Shown: positions 12,501-23,314 of the stretch, piece after piece
Layout of the letters: every line of letters starts with the position of its first letter
Position numbering within the stretch: the stretch's first letter is position 1
Assembly: GCF_963921235.1 (NCBI RefSeq)
Contig: NC_086109.1
Span: forward strand, 30,134,001-30,198,000
Direction of reading: 5' to 3'
DNA: 64,000 nt
Source of the DNA: Mobula hypostoma
Lineage: Eukaryota
The notes under the pieces: model-generated
What the model was told of the DNA's origin: nothing
Database searches by the model: none
The model's input: only the letters and a program-made list of their open reading frames with translations
Program-made: the position numbers and the translations under genes

Positions 12501-12960
12501 ATACTGTACGATCCCTTCTTGAGCTTTCTGCTCTGTTGATCCTGCTGTCTTTCTTAACTTTTCTTATTCTCACTTTCCCTTTATCTCCATCCTTATGTTT
12601 CCAGTTCATCCCCCCCCCCACTACTTAGTTTAAACACACCCGTGTTGCAGAGGCAAACCTGCCTGCCAGTATGCTGGTGGCCTGCTTATTAAGGTGCAAC
12701 CCGTCCCTTTTGTACAATTCATCCTTACCCCGAAAGATACCCCAGTGGTCCAAGAATGTAAATCCTTGCTTCCTGCGGCAGTTCCTCAGCCACACATTCT
12801 GATCCATTATCTCCCTGTTCTTGACCACTCCAGCATGGGGAACTGGAAGCAAACTGGAGATAACCTCCCTGGAAGTCCTGCTTTTCAGCCTTCTTCTGAG
12901 TTCTCTGAAGTCACGCTGTAGAATGTCTTTCCTTTTCTTCCTCATGTCATTTGTGCTGAC
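9561..12960 (-). mobile_element. CR1 LINE with near-complete ORF2 (APE + RT) and the ORF1 esterase C-terminus; disrupted
   Basis: ORF1 end RDGLHLN (SGNH-like, 12625..12945); APE MNARSIRNK / VGITETWL / GVIYRPP; RT YLDFQKAFDKV, GVPQGSVLGP, KSADD. One in-frame stop near 12322 and frameshifts near 12025 and 11045. Confidence 0.93.
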
Positions 12961-13704
12961 TAGGAACTTTTAAGAGATGTTTTAGATAGGTACATGAATG
13001 TGAGGGAAATGGAGAACCATGGACATCGTGTAGACATAAAGGATTAGTTGAGTTGGCAATTTGATTACTAATTTGTTTGGTTTGGCACAATATTTTGGGC
13101 TGAAGGGCCTGTACCTGAGCTGTATTGTTCTATGTAATTCCACTTCAATAAGGAAATATCTCCTGATTTTTCTTAAGGTTTCTCAGGCCTTCTTAGCTTC
13201 CTTTTCCAAGTTGTGCACTGCTTTGCCAGGTTTGAGTTACTCCAATCATGTTTCTGTTTTGAACACAGCAATACCTCAGACTAAACTCTCACATAATATT
13301 CTTTATGACTGTACCTGTAACTAGAGTGTATTTTTCAACAAATCTTTGACATAATGACAGCAGCATCTCTCCAAGTGCGAGCTTTTATTGTTACGTATCA
13401 TTTGAATGGCAGAGCAAGTGACTTACTTCCAGGCAACTATTCATCTGTGCCACTGTGCACCAGACTGAGATGGTGCAGAACGAGAGGCTAGACTGACTTG
13501 CCTTCAGTCTCAGGAAACAGTTCGCTGATTCTGGATTGTTTGGCAGAAATGAGTGCAGATATGATGTGTGCCACATTAAAATAGGTTAGTTTTTCATATT
13601 TATTGCGAATAAATTTTAAAGAATCCTAATGCTTATGTAATAATGAGAGATGTTGTGTACTCATATTATTTAATATTTATTTGCATATTTATTTATTTAA
13701 TTCC

Positions 13705-13896
13705 AATTAACCTTAACCTAATCACAGGACGATTGACAATGACCAATTAACCTACTCCGTATGTATTTGAGCTATGGGAGGAAACCGGAGGACCCAGGGA
13801 AAACCCACAGATTCCATGGTGAGGATGTAGCGTTTTCTTAGAGAATGGTGCCGTAATGCAGTGAATACACTTCTAGCAAAAACAACCAGCTTCTAT
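13705..13896 (-). mobile_element. V-SINE remnant; its head is interrupted by the Penelope copy and resumes at ~15044-15066
   Basis: acaatgaccaattaacc...gggaggaaaccggag...aaacccac is the reverse complement of the V domain at 1410-1540. Confidence 0.7.
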
Positions 13897-15043
13897 TCTA
13901 GGACGAGGGAGATGTCTTCATTTTTTAAAGAAAGGGGCTTCCCTTCCTCCACTATCAACTCTGCTCTTAAACGCATCTCCTCCATTTCACGTACATCTGC
14001 TCTCACTCCATCCTCCCACCACCCCACTAGGAATAGGGTTCCCCTGGTCCTCACCTACCACCCCACCAGCCTCCGGGTCCAACATATTATTCTCCGTAAC
14101 TTCCGCCACCTCCAACGGGATCCCACCACTAAGCACATCTTTCCCTCCCCCCCTCTCTCTGCATTCCGCAGGGATCGCTCCCTACACAACTCCCTTGTCC
14201 ATTCGTCCCCCCCATCCCTCCCCACTGATCTCCCTCCTGGCACTTATCCGTGTAAGCGGAACAAGTGCTACACATGCCCTTACACTTCCTCCCTTACCAC
14301 CATTCAGGGCCCCAAACAGTCCTTCCAGGTGAGGCATCACTTCACCTGTGAGTCGACTGGGGTGATTTACTGCGGCCGGTGCTCCCGATGTGGCCTTTTA
14401 TATATTGGTGAGACCCGACGCAGACTGGGAGACCGCTTTGCTGAACATCTACGCTCTGTCCGCCAGAGAAAGCAGGATCTCCCAGTGGCCACACATTTTA
14501 ATTCCACATCCCATTCCCATTCTGACATGTCTATCCACGGCCTCCTCTACTGTAAAGATGAAGCCACACTCAGGTTGGAGGAACAACACCTTATATTCCG
14601 TCTGGGTAGCCTCCAACCTGATGGCATGAACATTGACTTCTCTAACTTCCGCTAGGCCCCACCTCCCCCTCGTACCCCAGCTGTTACTCATTTTTATGCA
14701 CACATTCTTTCTCTCACTCTCCTTTTTCTCCCTCTGTCCCTCTGAATATACCTCTTGCCCATCCTCTGGGTCACCCCCCCCCCGTCTTTCTTCCCGGACC
14801 TCCTGTCCCATGATCCTCTCGTATCCCCTTTTGCCTATCACCTGTCCAGCTCTCGGCTCTATCCCTCCCCCTCCTGTCTTCTCCTATCATTTTGCATCTC
14901 CCCCTCCCCCTCCAGCTTTCAAATCCCTTACTCACTCTTCCTTCAGTTAGTCCTGACGAAGGGTCTCGGCCTGAAACGTCGACTGCGCCTCTTCCTATAG
15001 ATGCTGCTTGGCCTGCTGCGTTCACCAGCAACTTTGATGTATG
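13897..15043 (+). mobile_element. 5'-truncated Penelope-like element (Neptune-type) with an intact GIY-YIG endonuclease frame and 3' terminal repeat
   Basis: ORF to 14655 contains a Cys-rich linker (CKRNKCYTC...FTC) and VIYC.RCSRC.LLYIGET.RRL..RF.EH...HF...H...E..LI..L....P.GMN. 10-bp TSD CAGCTTCTAT at 13887-13896 and 15044-15053. Confidence 0.93.
14949..14984 (+). ncRNA. Minimal type I hammerhead ribozyme motif in the Penelope terminal repeat
   Basis: AGUC-CUGACGA-A-GGGU(CUCG)GCCU-GAAA-CG-UC^GACU. Helix I is AGUC/GACU, the core boxes are conserved, and helix III is the palindrome ACGU. Predicted cleavage after C14980. Confidence 0.8.
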
Positions 15044-16819
15044 CAGCTTCTATAGTGTCATGTTAGTTATTATTTCTAACTTTTATTGCACTAATTCTGA
15101 AATTATATCTGATGTTTTCGTGTGCAATTAGGTGAGCACCGAATAATGTTACTCATTGCATGCACGCCACGTGATTTTGCCTGTAGAGGCATAAATTGAA
15201 AGTCACTTTTCGATGCTGTGATCATTGTGGAACACTCTCATTCAAACTAGAACTCATTGTACTAGTTTGTTGCTTTTCCTTCTATTTGAAGAGAAGATCT
15301 TCTGAAACCGGTAGACCTGATTGCAGGATCCTCAGATACCTTTCAGCTTTTGCAGAAGGTACCTAAACAGTGAGTGTTGGTCTTGTCATTTTTCTGTTAG
15401 GTACTCAATCTGTTGGTGCCACACATTTCAGGAAGGATTAGGCTATAGCTGGCTATTCAAGATGCTTTGAGGACTAAGAGGTTAAAAACATACATTACTC
15501 ATCAGCAATAAACAGGTTCTCAGAATCTACAGCAGTAGCACATTCTAACTCAACTGACCTTATGTACAACGTGTTTGCAAGCTCAGATGTTGGAAATTCA
15601 TCATCACCACTCGAAGGTCTTTGGCTACGCCCTTGTGGCAGCACTGTGCTGTCAGGAGGTCAAATTAATTTTAATGCTCAAGTTTCTCACTGTAGCATCT
15701 TTTCAAGCACCGACAGCAGATGTCTAACATGGCTCCCAATTTGTTGCGTATTGCTTCAATGTGAAATATTGACCAGGTCGTGTATTCTTGAAGTAATGAT
15801 TTCATCTGATTTTATTTAAATATTTTAGTTGCATGAATAAATTTGGGAAGGTCCTTCAAGGTCATTCTTCTTGAAACTGTGGTGCTGGCCATTGATAAAA
15901 GCATTTAAAGCCTTAAGGTTGCATGAATTAGATGGAGAGGAACTGTTCCAATTGTTGGACAGGACATGAGGCAGGGATCAGAGGAGGAATGTGATTAGCA
16001 AAAGGACCAATAGTGACATAAAGAAAAAGTTTATTTTTGCACAGCAGGTATGAAATTCTGCCAGGCATGTCAGTGGAGGCTAATGCAACTTTAAAATATA
16101 TGGGAGAGTTGGATTGTTATCTGAAAGGAAAGAAAGATTTGCAGTGCTGTAAGTAGCATCCTGCAAAAAACATAGGTGAAGTCCTCCATGCTTCCTGTCA
16201 CAAGTGGACATGGCAATGCACAAGCCAAGACATAACTTGCCCATATTAGCCATTGCATGAAGCCATCCCAGTCTCCAGGGCTCTGCAAGTTGCCCCCTAC
16301 CCAGTCAGGCCCTGCAGCAGATTTCTAAGCTTGATGCAAACTGCAGCCTATTGTGGCCTGCTATATCTCTGAGAAGAGTTTCCTTACTGATGTATTTTTT
16401 CTGATCACTCCTCGTGCCAGTCCCTGGGGTTGAGCTATGGTTTCAGATGTAGTGATATACTGTAATTTTGATCACTGTTCTCCCCATCATCTTGACTCAC
16501 TAATTTTCTACTCCAGATGGTGTTTGAGTAGGAGGAATAGGAGAGCTGTCTTACTAACCTGCCTTATTGAAGGTCTCTAACTGTAGGTCAAATAATAAAT
16601 TATGGAGTGGTCAAAATGAAACATTCTTTGCGAATGTACCCAGGAGATTCCTTCTCTCTTTGGCTTGTGTGGTGGCTTAGACCAATGTGATTCTTCAGCC
16701 CGTAAAGGGCAAGATGGTGAGATACTGAACTTGAAAGAACACCTCTCTTATGTGGTGGCATCTCTTATGTTCTTCGCTTCTTGATCTCAAATGTAGAATG
16801 TTGGCAAACTGTTTTGACT

Positions 16820-16925
16820 GGTCCTGATTGAGGGTTTTGACATCAAATGTCAACTGTCCATAGATTCTGCCTGACCTGCTAAATTCCTTGGCATTGTGTG
16901 TTGCTCCAGATTTCTAGCGTCTAGT
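16820..16925 (+). mobile_element. Old Penelope terminal-repeat fragment with a degenerate hammerhead
   Basis: gtcctgattgagggtttt...aaatgtcaactg...ccatagattctgcctgacctgct...tgtgttgctccagattt. Confidence 0.65.
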
Positions 16926-17030
16926 AATTTCTTGTCTGTGTAGCTATTTTATTATTCTGCTTTTGGAGATTTGACTTCTTTGTGGGGGTAAAACTTCAAT
17001 GCTTGTATGTAGATAAGAGATGTGGATATA

Positions 17031-18349
17031 CAGTGGCATGCAAAAGTTTGGGCACCCCGGTCAAAATTTCTGTTACTATGAAAAGCTAAGTGAGTAAAAG
17101 ATGAACTGATTTCCAAAAGGCATAAAGTTAAAGATGACACATTTATTTAATATTTTAAGGAAGGAAACTTTTTTATTTCCATCTCTTACAGTTTCAAAAT
17201 AACAAAAAAGAAAAAGGGCCCGAAGCAAAGTTTTGGGCACCCTGCATGGCAGTACTTAGTAACACCGCCTTTGGCAAGTATCACAGCTTGTAAACACTTT
17301 TTGTAACCAGCTAAGAGTCTTTCAATTCTTGTTTGGGGGATTTTCACCCATTCTTCCTTGCAAAAGGCTTCTAGTTCTGTGAGATTCTTGGGCCGTCTTG
17401 CATGCACTGCTCTTTTGAGGTCTATCCACGAATTCTCGATGATGTTTAGGTCAGGGGACTGTGAGGGCCATGGCAAAACGTTCAGCTTGTGTCTCTTGAG
17501 GTAGTCCATTGTGGATTTTGAGGTGTGTTTAGGTTCGTTATCCTGTTGCAGAAGCCATCCTCTTTTCATCTTCGGCTTTTTTTTTTACAGACGGTGTAAT
17601 GTTTGCTTCCAGAATTTGCTGGTATTTAATTCAATTCATTCTTCCCTCTACCAGTAAATGTTCCCCGTGCCACTGGCTCCAACACAAGCCCAAAGCATGA
17701 TCGATCCACCCTGTGCTTAACAATTGGAGGGGGGTTCTTTTCATGAAATTCTGCACCCTTTTTTCTCCAAACATACCTGTGCTCGTTACGACCAAAAACT
17801 TCTATTCAAAAGTTTCAAAGGAGCATCTAAACAAGTCTGATGCATGTTAGATACAAGTCCTGTGGACTGCTGAAGTTAAAATAGAACTTTTTGGCCGCAA
17901 CGTTTTGCCATGGCCCTCACAGTCCCCCGACCTAAAAAATCATCGAGAATCTGTAGATAGACCTCAAAAGAGCAGTGCATGCAAGACGGCCCAAGAATAT
18001 CACTGAACTAGAAGCCTTTTGCAAGGAAGAATGGGTGAAAATCCCCCAAACAAGAATTGAAAGACTCTTACCTGGCTACAAAAAGCATTCACAAGCTGAG
18101 ATACTTGCCAAAGGGGGTGTTAAAGTAGTGCCATGCAGGGTGCCCAAACTTTTGCTTCAGACCCTTTTCCTTTTTTGTTATTTTGAAACTGTAAAAGATG
18201 GAAATAAAGAAGTTTTCTTCCTTAAAATATTAAAGAAATGTGTCATCTTTGACTTTATGCCTTTTGGAAATCAGTTCATCTTTTACTCGCTTAGCTATTC
18301 ACAGTAACAGAAATTTTGACTGGGGTGCCCAAACTCTTGCATGCCACTG
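17031..18349. mobile_element. Palindromic non-autonomous Tc1 derivative made of two transposase 3' ends
   Basis: TA|CAGTGGCATGCAAAAGTTTGGGCACCCC ... GGGGTGCCCAAACTCTTGCATGCCACTG|TA. DDE-domain C-terminus (QQDNEPKH, WPSQSPDLNIIEN) on the - strand at 17186..17569 and again on the + strand at ~17900-18125. Confidence 0.93.
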
Positions 18350-19163
18350 TATTTACAGGTTCTGTGTTTATGATTAACTATGTAGGTATTTTTGTGTGAT
18401 GGAGAAATATTTTAGTTTGTGGCTTAAGCTATTGTAACTTGTATGGTGTTTCTTTCATTGTCACCTATGGGTAACAATTCTTTGCACCAACCCTTTATAT
18501 AGCTTAATTCATATGATACAGCCTGTTTCAAACCTGTCTCAATCACTGGTGCAGCTTGCTTCCTTTTTGCCTGTGAATTCTCATGAGTTTAGTGTATATC
18601 AGTCAGCATAAAGAAGCTTGAGGTGAAACAAAGGAAATGTCTTTTTCAGAATAGAATACTCATAACCTAGCGTATAATTTAGTAGGGATGACATAATGTC
18701 ATTCACAGTTCTGCTTCAAATTCTCTGGATGCTAAGAATTCCCTGTCTCACTACTGCTATCTTACAATTTTCAGTGTTTTTTTATTTTGATTTTCTCATT
18801 TTATTGTTTTTTTTCCCGGAAACACAATCAATGGTTATCTTGAGATGAACTTGAATAAGGGAGTTTTCTCCTGCCTGTCCTGAGGCACTTTCCTGCTTTT
18901 TCTTTGTTCTTTCTGCATATCAATGTGTAACTTTTGGAGTGTTGTGATTTGGTTGTTGGACAGTTATGACTTCATTTTAATCTAAGTTGATTGGCAGATA
19001 TGTTTGTGCGTAGCTGAGAGAATGCATTATTGTTGAAGCAGCCATTCAGTTTTGCCGTTCAGCTGGTACCACATAGTTCTAATAGATCCCAGAGGAGAAA
19101 ACGAAGTATTTCAAGAAAAAAAAATCTGTATTCTAGCAAAACACTTCCCCTTGGTCCAAAGTA

Positions 19164-20216
19164 CAGGTGCACATTCCTTTATCCGAAATTCTGAAATCCA
19201 AAAAGCTCCGAAAACCGAAGTTTTTTTCCGTCAACAGCTGACATCACTCAGGTGTGACGTGGCAGCACTAACAGAGGTCGCCATACGTCAGTTGTGGCTC
19301 AGCGCTTGTACTGGTTACACGTGCATTTGCTGATATTTTGTGTTCACTGTTGACTTTGTGTTTAATTTCACTGTGAAAATGTCAAAAAGAGCTGCAGATA
19401 CCCATATGGGTAACAATGAGAAAAAGAGAAGGAAGCATCTATCATTATCAATAACACAGAAAGTGGAGTTATTGCAGGAGCTTGATTGTGGTGTGTCTGT
19501 GGGGCGTCTCACTGAAAAAAAATTGTGTCAGAACTACCACTGTATATGATTTAGATAAACAGAAAGACAAGTTACTGAAGTTTTAAAGCGACTGTGATGA
19601 CGTTTATTCCAATAAGTCATTTACCATGTGTTTGAACGCAAACAACAGGAATTCTGCAGATGCTGGAAATTCAAGCAACACACATCAAAGTTGCTGGTGA
19701 ACGCAGCAGGCCAGGCAGCATCTGTAGGAAGAGGTGCAGTCGACGTTTCGTCCTGACGAAGGGTCTCGGCCTGAAACGTCGACTGCACCTCTTCCTACAG
19801 ATGCTGCCTGGCCTGCTGCGTTCACCAGTAACTTTGATGTGTGTTACCATGTGTTTGATTCGGTTCATTTGAAGCTGTATAATTTTATGTTTTATTGAAT
19901 GTTTTTGTTGGAAATAATTTTTTTTCTTGTCATTATTCTCTAAACAATACAGTATAACAACTATTTACATAACATTTACATTGAATTAGGTATTATAAGT
20001 AATCTAGAAATGATTTGAAGTATACGGGAGGATGTGTGTAAGTTTGGTGTGCCGCCGGGTCCTAAAGTCCACCGCACTGAGACAAGTTAAATAAGGGACT
20101 TGAGCATATGTGTTTTTTGGTATTCGGGGGTCGGGGGGGGGGTCTGAAATCTGAAAAATTCTGAATTCTGAAATCCAACTGGCCCCAAGGAATTTGGATA
20201 AGGGATTGTGGACCTA
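19164..20216 (+). mobile_element. Internally deleted pogo/Tigger element (Tigger4/Zombi-like transposase N-terminus)
   Basis: TA|CAGGTGCACATTCCTTTATCCGAAATTC ... GAATTTGGATAAGGGATTGTGGACCTA|TA. Encodes MSKRAADTHMGNNEKKRRKHLSLSITQKVELLQELD.GVSV..L (CENP-B/psq-type HTH). Confidence 0.85.
19636..19843. mobile_element. Fold-back Penelope terminal-repeat insert containing a hammerhead core, 15-bp TSD
   Basis: 73-bp inverted arms at 19677-19749 and 19773-19845 (1 mismatch); CTGACGA at 19753-19759 and GAAA at 19773-19776; TSD TTACCATGTGTTTGA at 19621-19635 and 19844-19858. Confidence 0.92.
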
Positions 20217-20709
20217 TACTTTGAATATATTGTTTTAGAAATTCAGCAGTGACTATTAGGGGCATGTTCTTATTACATTTATTAACGATTTATGTTTTGA
20301 GTATTGAGTAGTACTGAAAGGCTTTGATATTGCCTTCCTTTTATATAATGTGTCATTGTAGAGTAGTCAAAGCATCAAATGATTACTGGTGAGGGTGGGG
20401 GCAGATTCACTGGGGATTAAGTCATCATGTTACCAGGTTATGGGCTATGTATTGTGGAAAGATTGGGTTTGTGGTTCTGAACTAATGCTTACAGATTTAG
20501 ATCATGTGTTGTGGTTTGGGTTTGTAGATTAGTGTGAATTGTGGCTGAAGTGTTGTGAAGGGTCATGGATAGCTTTTTACATCTTTTTTTACAATCACAT
20601 GGCAATGCTGTGGATATTAAGAACATGAAGTACTGCAAGTCTTCCCTATTAGTGAGTTGCTCGATAGCAGTGGAGCTTGACTTATCGTGTACCATTGTTG
20701 TGTTGTTTT

Positions 20710-21311
20710 GACTGGAATTGCTGCATACTGTTGTGCCAAGATGATGTATGGTCCTAAAAAAGCTGTGAGTGATTGTCTTGAACGTGGTTTTTTTTTATGA
20801 ATGCAAGACCCTATTGGACATTGGTTAACGGAGAATACTCCAAGTCCAGAAGCCTGGTTCGCTGGTTCATTGGTAAGACCGCTGTTGGGAAAGCTGTCTT
20901 GGCTTAGTTATAGTGTGGAGTAGACCGTTATGCCACAAGGTCATTTGTTGCAGCCACCCGGGGAAGAAGGCACCTGAAGTGGCCTTTATAAGTGTGCTGA
21001 AATCTGTTCTGGATTGGGGGCTGGTGCCTCCCATTGGTGCTCCCCTGTGGTGTCTGCTTTGGTGCTGCCCTGCAGTGTTCACTTGATTGAAGAACAAGTT
21101 GGACCAGGACAGCATCTCATGAACCTCCAATCTTCAGGCCATGCTGCTCAGGGACTTGGGCTATTTTTTTGTATAACTGTATGCTTCTGCCTTTGTTACT
21201 ATATGTGCTATGTGCTGTGTGTTGTTGGTAATGTGTTTTGCACCTTGGCCCCAGAAGAAAGCTGTTTTGTTTGGCTATATTCATGTATGGTTAAATGATA
21301 ATTAAACTTGA
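20710..21311 (+). mobile_element. Non-autonomous element with a Rex-type 3' tail
   Basis: Its tail 21255-21311 (gtttggctatattcatgtatggttaaatgataattaaacttga) is the reverse complement of 22588-22650. The 5' boundary is uncertain. Confidence 0.5.
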
Positions 21312-21973
21312 TGGATAGGCGCTTAGTGGTTGAGAAGTGTGTGGGTGATTTAGTTAGTAGGATTTGTGATCACTGAGTTTGTGAACTGAAGATGGAGACA
21401 AGTTAGAAATAAATTAAAAGGTGTGTACCTGACTAGTTATCCCAGTGTCAGCCTGCAGCCTACTCAGAGACCCTATTTTTACTTGCAAATACTGTGAAGG
21501 GTACTACTGTTGTTTACAATCTTCAAGCATTTGTGTAACCCAATGGCAGAAAGAATGTAAAACAACGTGGGCTGATTTTCTTAATAACAATCCTCCTTAT
21601 TCATTTCAGAATTAATATATTGGTTGCAAAATCATTTTGTGTAATGCAGTATAGGACAAGAGATACACAAATACATTTTTTCTTATAAAAATAAACTCTT
21701 ATAGAGTAAATGTATGAAATCCAGGAAGGTGTTGTGGGGACTTGGTTATTCTATGTTCATGCCCCTGCTCTTTACAACTATGCAAATAAATGAGTAACCA
21801 GAGCTTTCAAATAATTGCCAGTACAAATGTTTTATTAGTCAGGAAAATTTATGGTTTTACATTAATCCTAACCTTGACAAGCTGATATTGAGTAATTATT
21901 GAATAACCACCTACAATGGTTATTCAATGGTCCCTCTCTTGTGTCCCTAGTCCCCGCTGTACAATTTAGCCTA

Positions 21974-22043
21974 CAGTACTGAGCAAAAGTTTTAAGCACA
22001 TTTACAAACGTTTGTGTGTGTGTGTGTGTGTCTATCTCTCTCT

Positions 22044-22115
<72 letters not shown>

Positions 22116-22151
22116 GATAGCTAGGGTGCCTAAGACTTTTGCACACTACTG
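21974..22151. mobile_element. Tc1/mariner-type MITE enclosing a compound microsatellite
   Basis: TA|CAGTACTGAGCAAAAGTTTTAAGCAC ... GTGCCTAAGACTTTTGCACACTACTG|TA. A third TIR copy lies at ~22545-22570. Confidence 0.8.
22013..22108. repeat. (TG)n(TC)n(TA)n compound microsatellite
   Basis: Directly visible. Confidence 0.97.
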
Positions 22152-22581
22152 TATTTGTCAATGTGGAGTGGAGAGTGAGTGTGTGAATCTGGGGTCAGCA
22201 AAGAATATTAGGAATGGCAAGGATAGAGCATGACAGGAGGGTTGTGGGACAGGTGGCAGAGAATGAGTGCCAGGGATGGGGAATGATGCAGATGCAGACT
22301 CGCCTAGCCCTGAGATACAAGGTCAGGTAATTAGATTCCAAACAATTGGTTTATCAATCATAACAGAATGACTCTCTGGTGCCTCCTGGCCCCTTTCTCA
22401 AACATGATTACGACCTCCCTGCCCCCTTAATCCACAATAGACACCTATATCAGAGTTAGGTTTATCATCGTTCACATATGTCATAAAATTTGATTTTTTT
22501 TCAGCAGTAGTACAGTGCAATACACAAAACTACTACAGCACCTTGTGCTTAAGACATTTGCACAATACTGTACTTCAAATC

Positions 22582-23313
22582 AGATCAAATTCAAGTTTAA
22601 TTATCTATCATTCAACCATGCATGAATACAGCCAAATGAAACAGCGTTCCTCTGGGAACATAGATAGCACATTTAAAATACCAAGCAAAAAAAAAGTCTC
22701 GCAAAAAAACATAAATAGCCCAAGTCTCTTAGCGACATGTCCCGCAAATTGATGGTACGGTTCCCAGCAGTGCGCAGACGCATACAATCCAGCCTGTCAT
22801 TTCACCAACACTGGAGGGCAACACCAGTGGGTGAGGCCAGCTTCCAACTGAGCATGAGCGCCATGCTACACCGCATCTGGCATCTCCTCTCCTGGACTGC
22901 AGTAGCAGGCAAGCCTGTGGCTTGAGGCTTATTCCTCGCTACAACCGAGGTCGTGCAGATGCCCCCACATCTGTCGTGCCACCAAGAAAGGGAAATAGGC
23001 TTGAGGCATCTTGCATTATCATCGTCCAACAGAATCTTGTGACCGCATGAGAAACATCCAAGAGAATTACCCAAGATGCCTTCGCACACCAACTCTGATG
23101 CCTTCCTGTAGCAGGGAGCGACATGGTCTGCATCCAGTCCAATACCTCTGCCAATGAGCAGCTTACTGATGAGGTATATCTGCAGTACCCAAGGTTCTTG
23201 GAATCTAGTATAGTCTTGCTATTGTAAAAAAGACATTAAACAAAGAAAAAAAACACCTTTGGTTGGCTTTCAAGAGGCCACTGCATCAGAATACACCTCT
23301 ATCTTACTGGAAG
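22582..23313 (-). mobile_element. Non-autonomous element with a Rex-type tail
   Basis: Tail shared with 21255-21311; the - strand begins cttccagtaagatagagg (possibly a decayed AAGATGGCG-type start). Confidence 0.5.
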
Positions 23314-23314
23314 T

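Larger units (their letters stand above)
6090..13137 (+). mobile_element. CR1 LINE (host copy) split by four nested insertions
   Basis: Collinear ORF2 pieces at ~6090-6323, 6581-7058, 7139-7826, 9387-9560 and 12961-13137 (KENRKAFYKYIRNKR; EQRDLGVQVHSSLK...LVRLHLEYCIQFW; 3' end gggctgaagggcctgt...ttctatgt). Confidence 0.85.

Noticed and set aside
9619..12921. + strand ORFs overlapping the CR1 (e.g. 9619..10167, 11220..11639)
   Set aside because: Antisense shadows of the LINE coding frame with no recognisable domain.
13861..14655. 264-aa ORF as a domesticated or host GIY-YIG nuclease gene
   Set aside because: The first 12 codons (GTG start) come from the flanking SINE/TSD. The rest is a 5'-truncated TSD-flanked Penelope copy with closely related repeats nearby, so the open frame reflects youth.
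19660..19872. Mirror-image ORFs on both strands
   Set aside because: An artefact of the DNA palindrome, not a gene pair or toxin-antitoxin locus.
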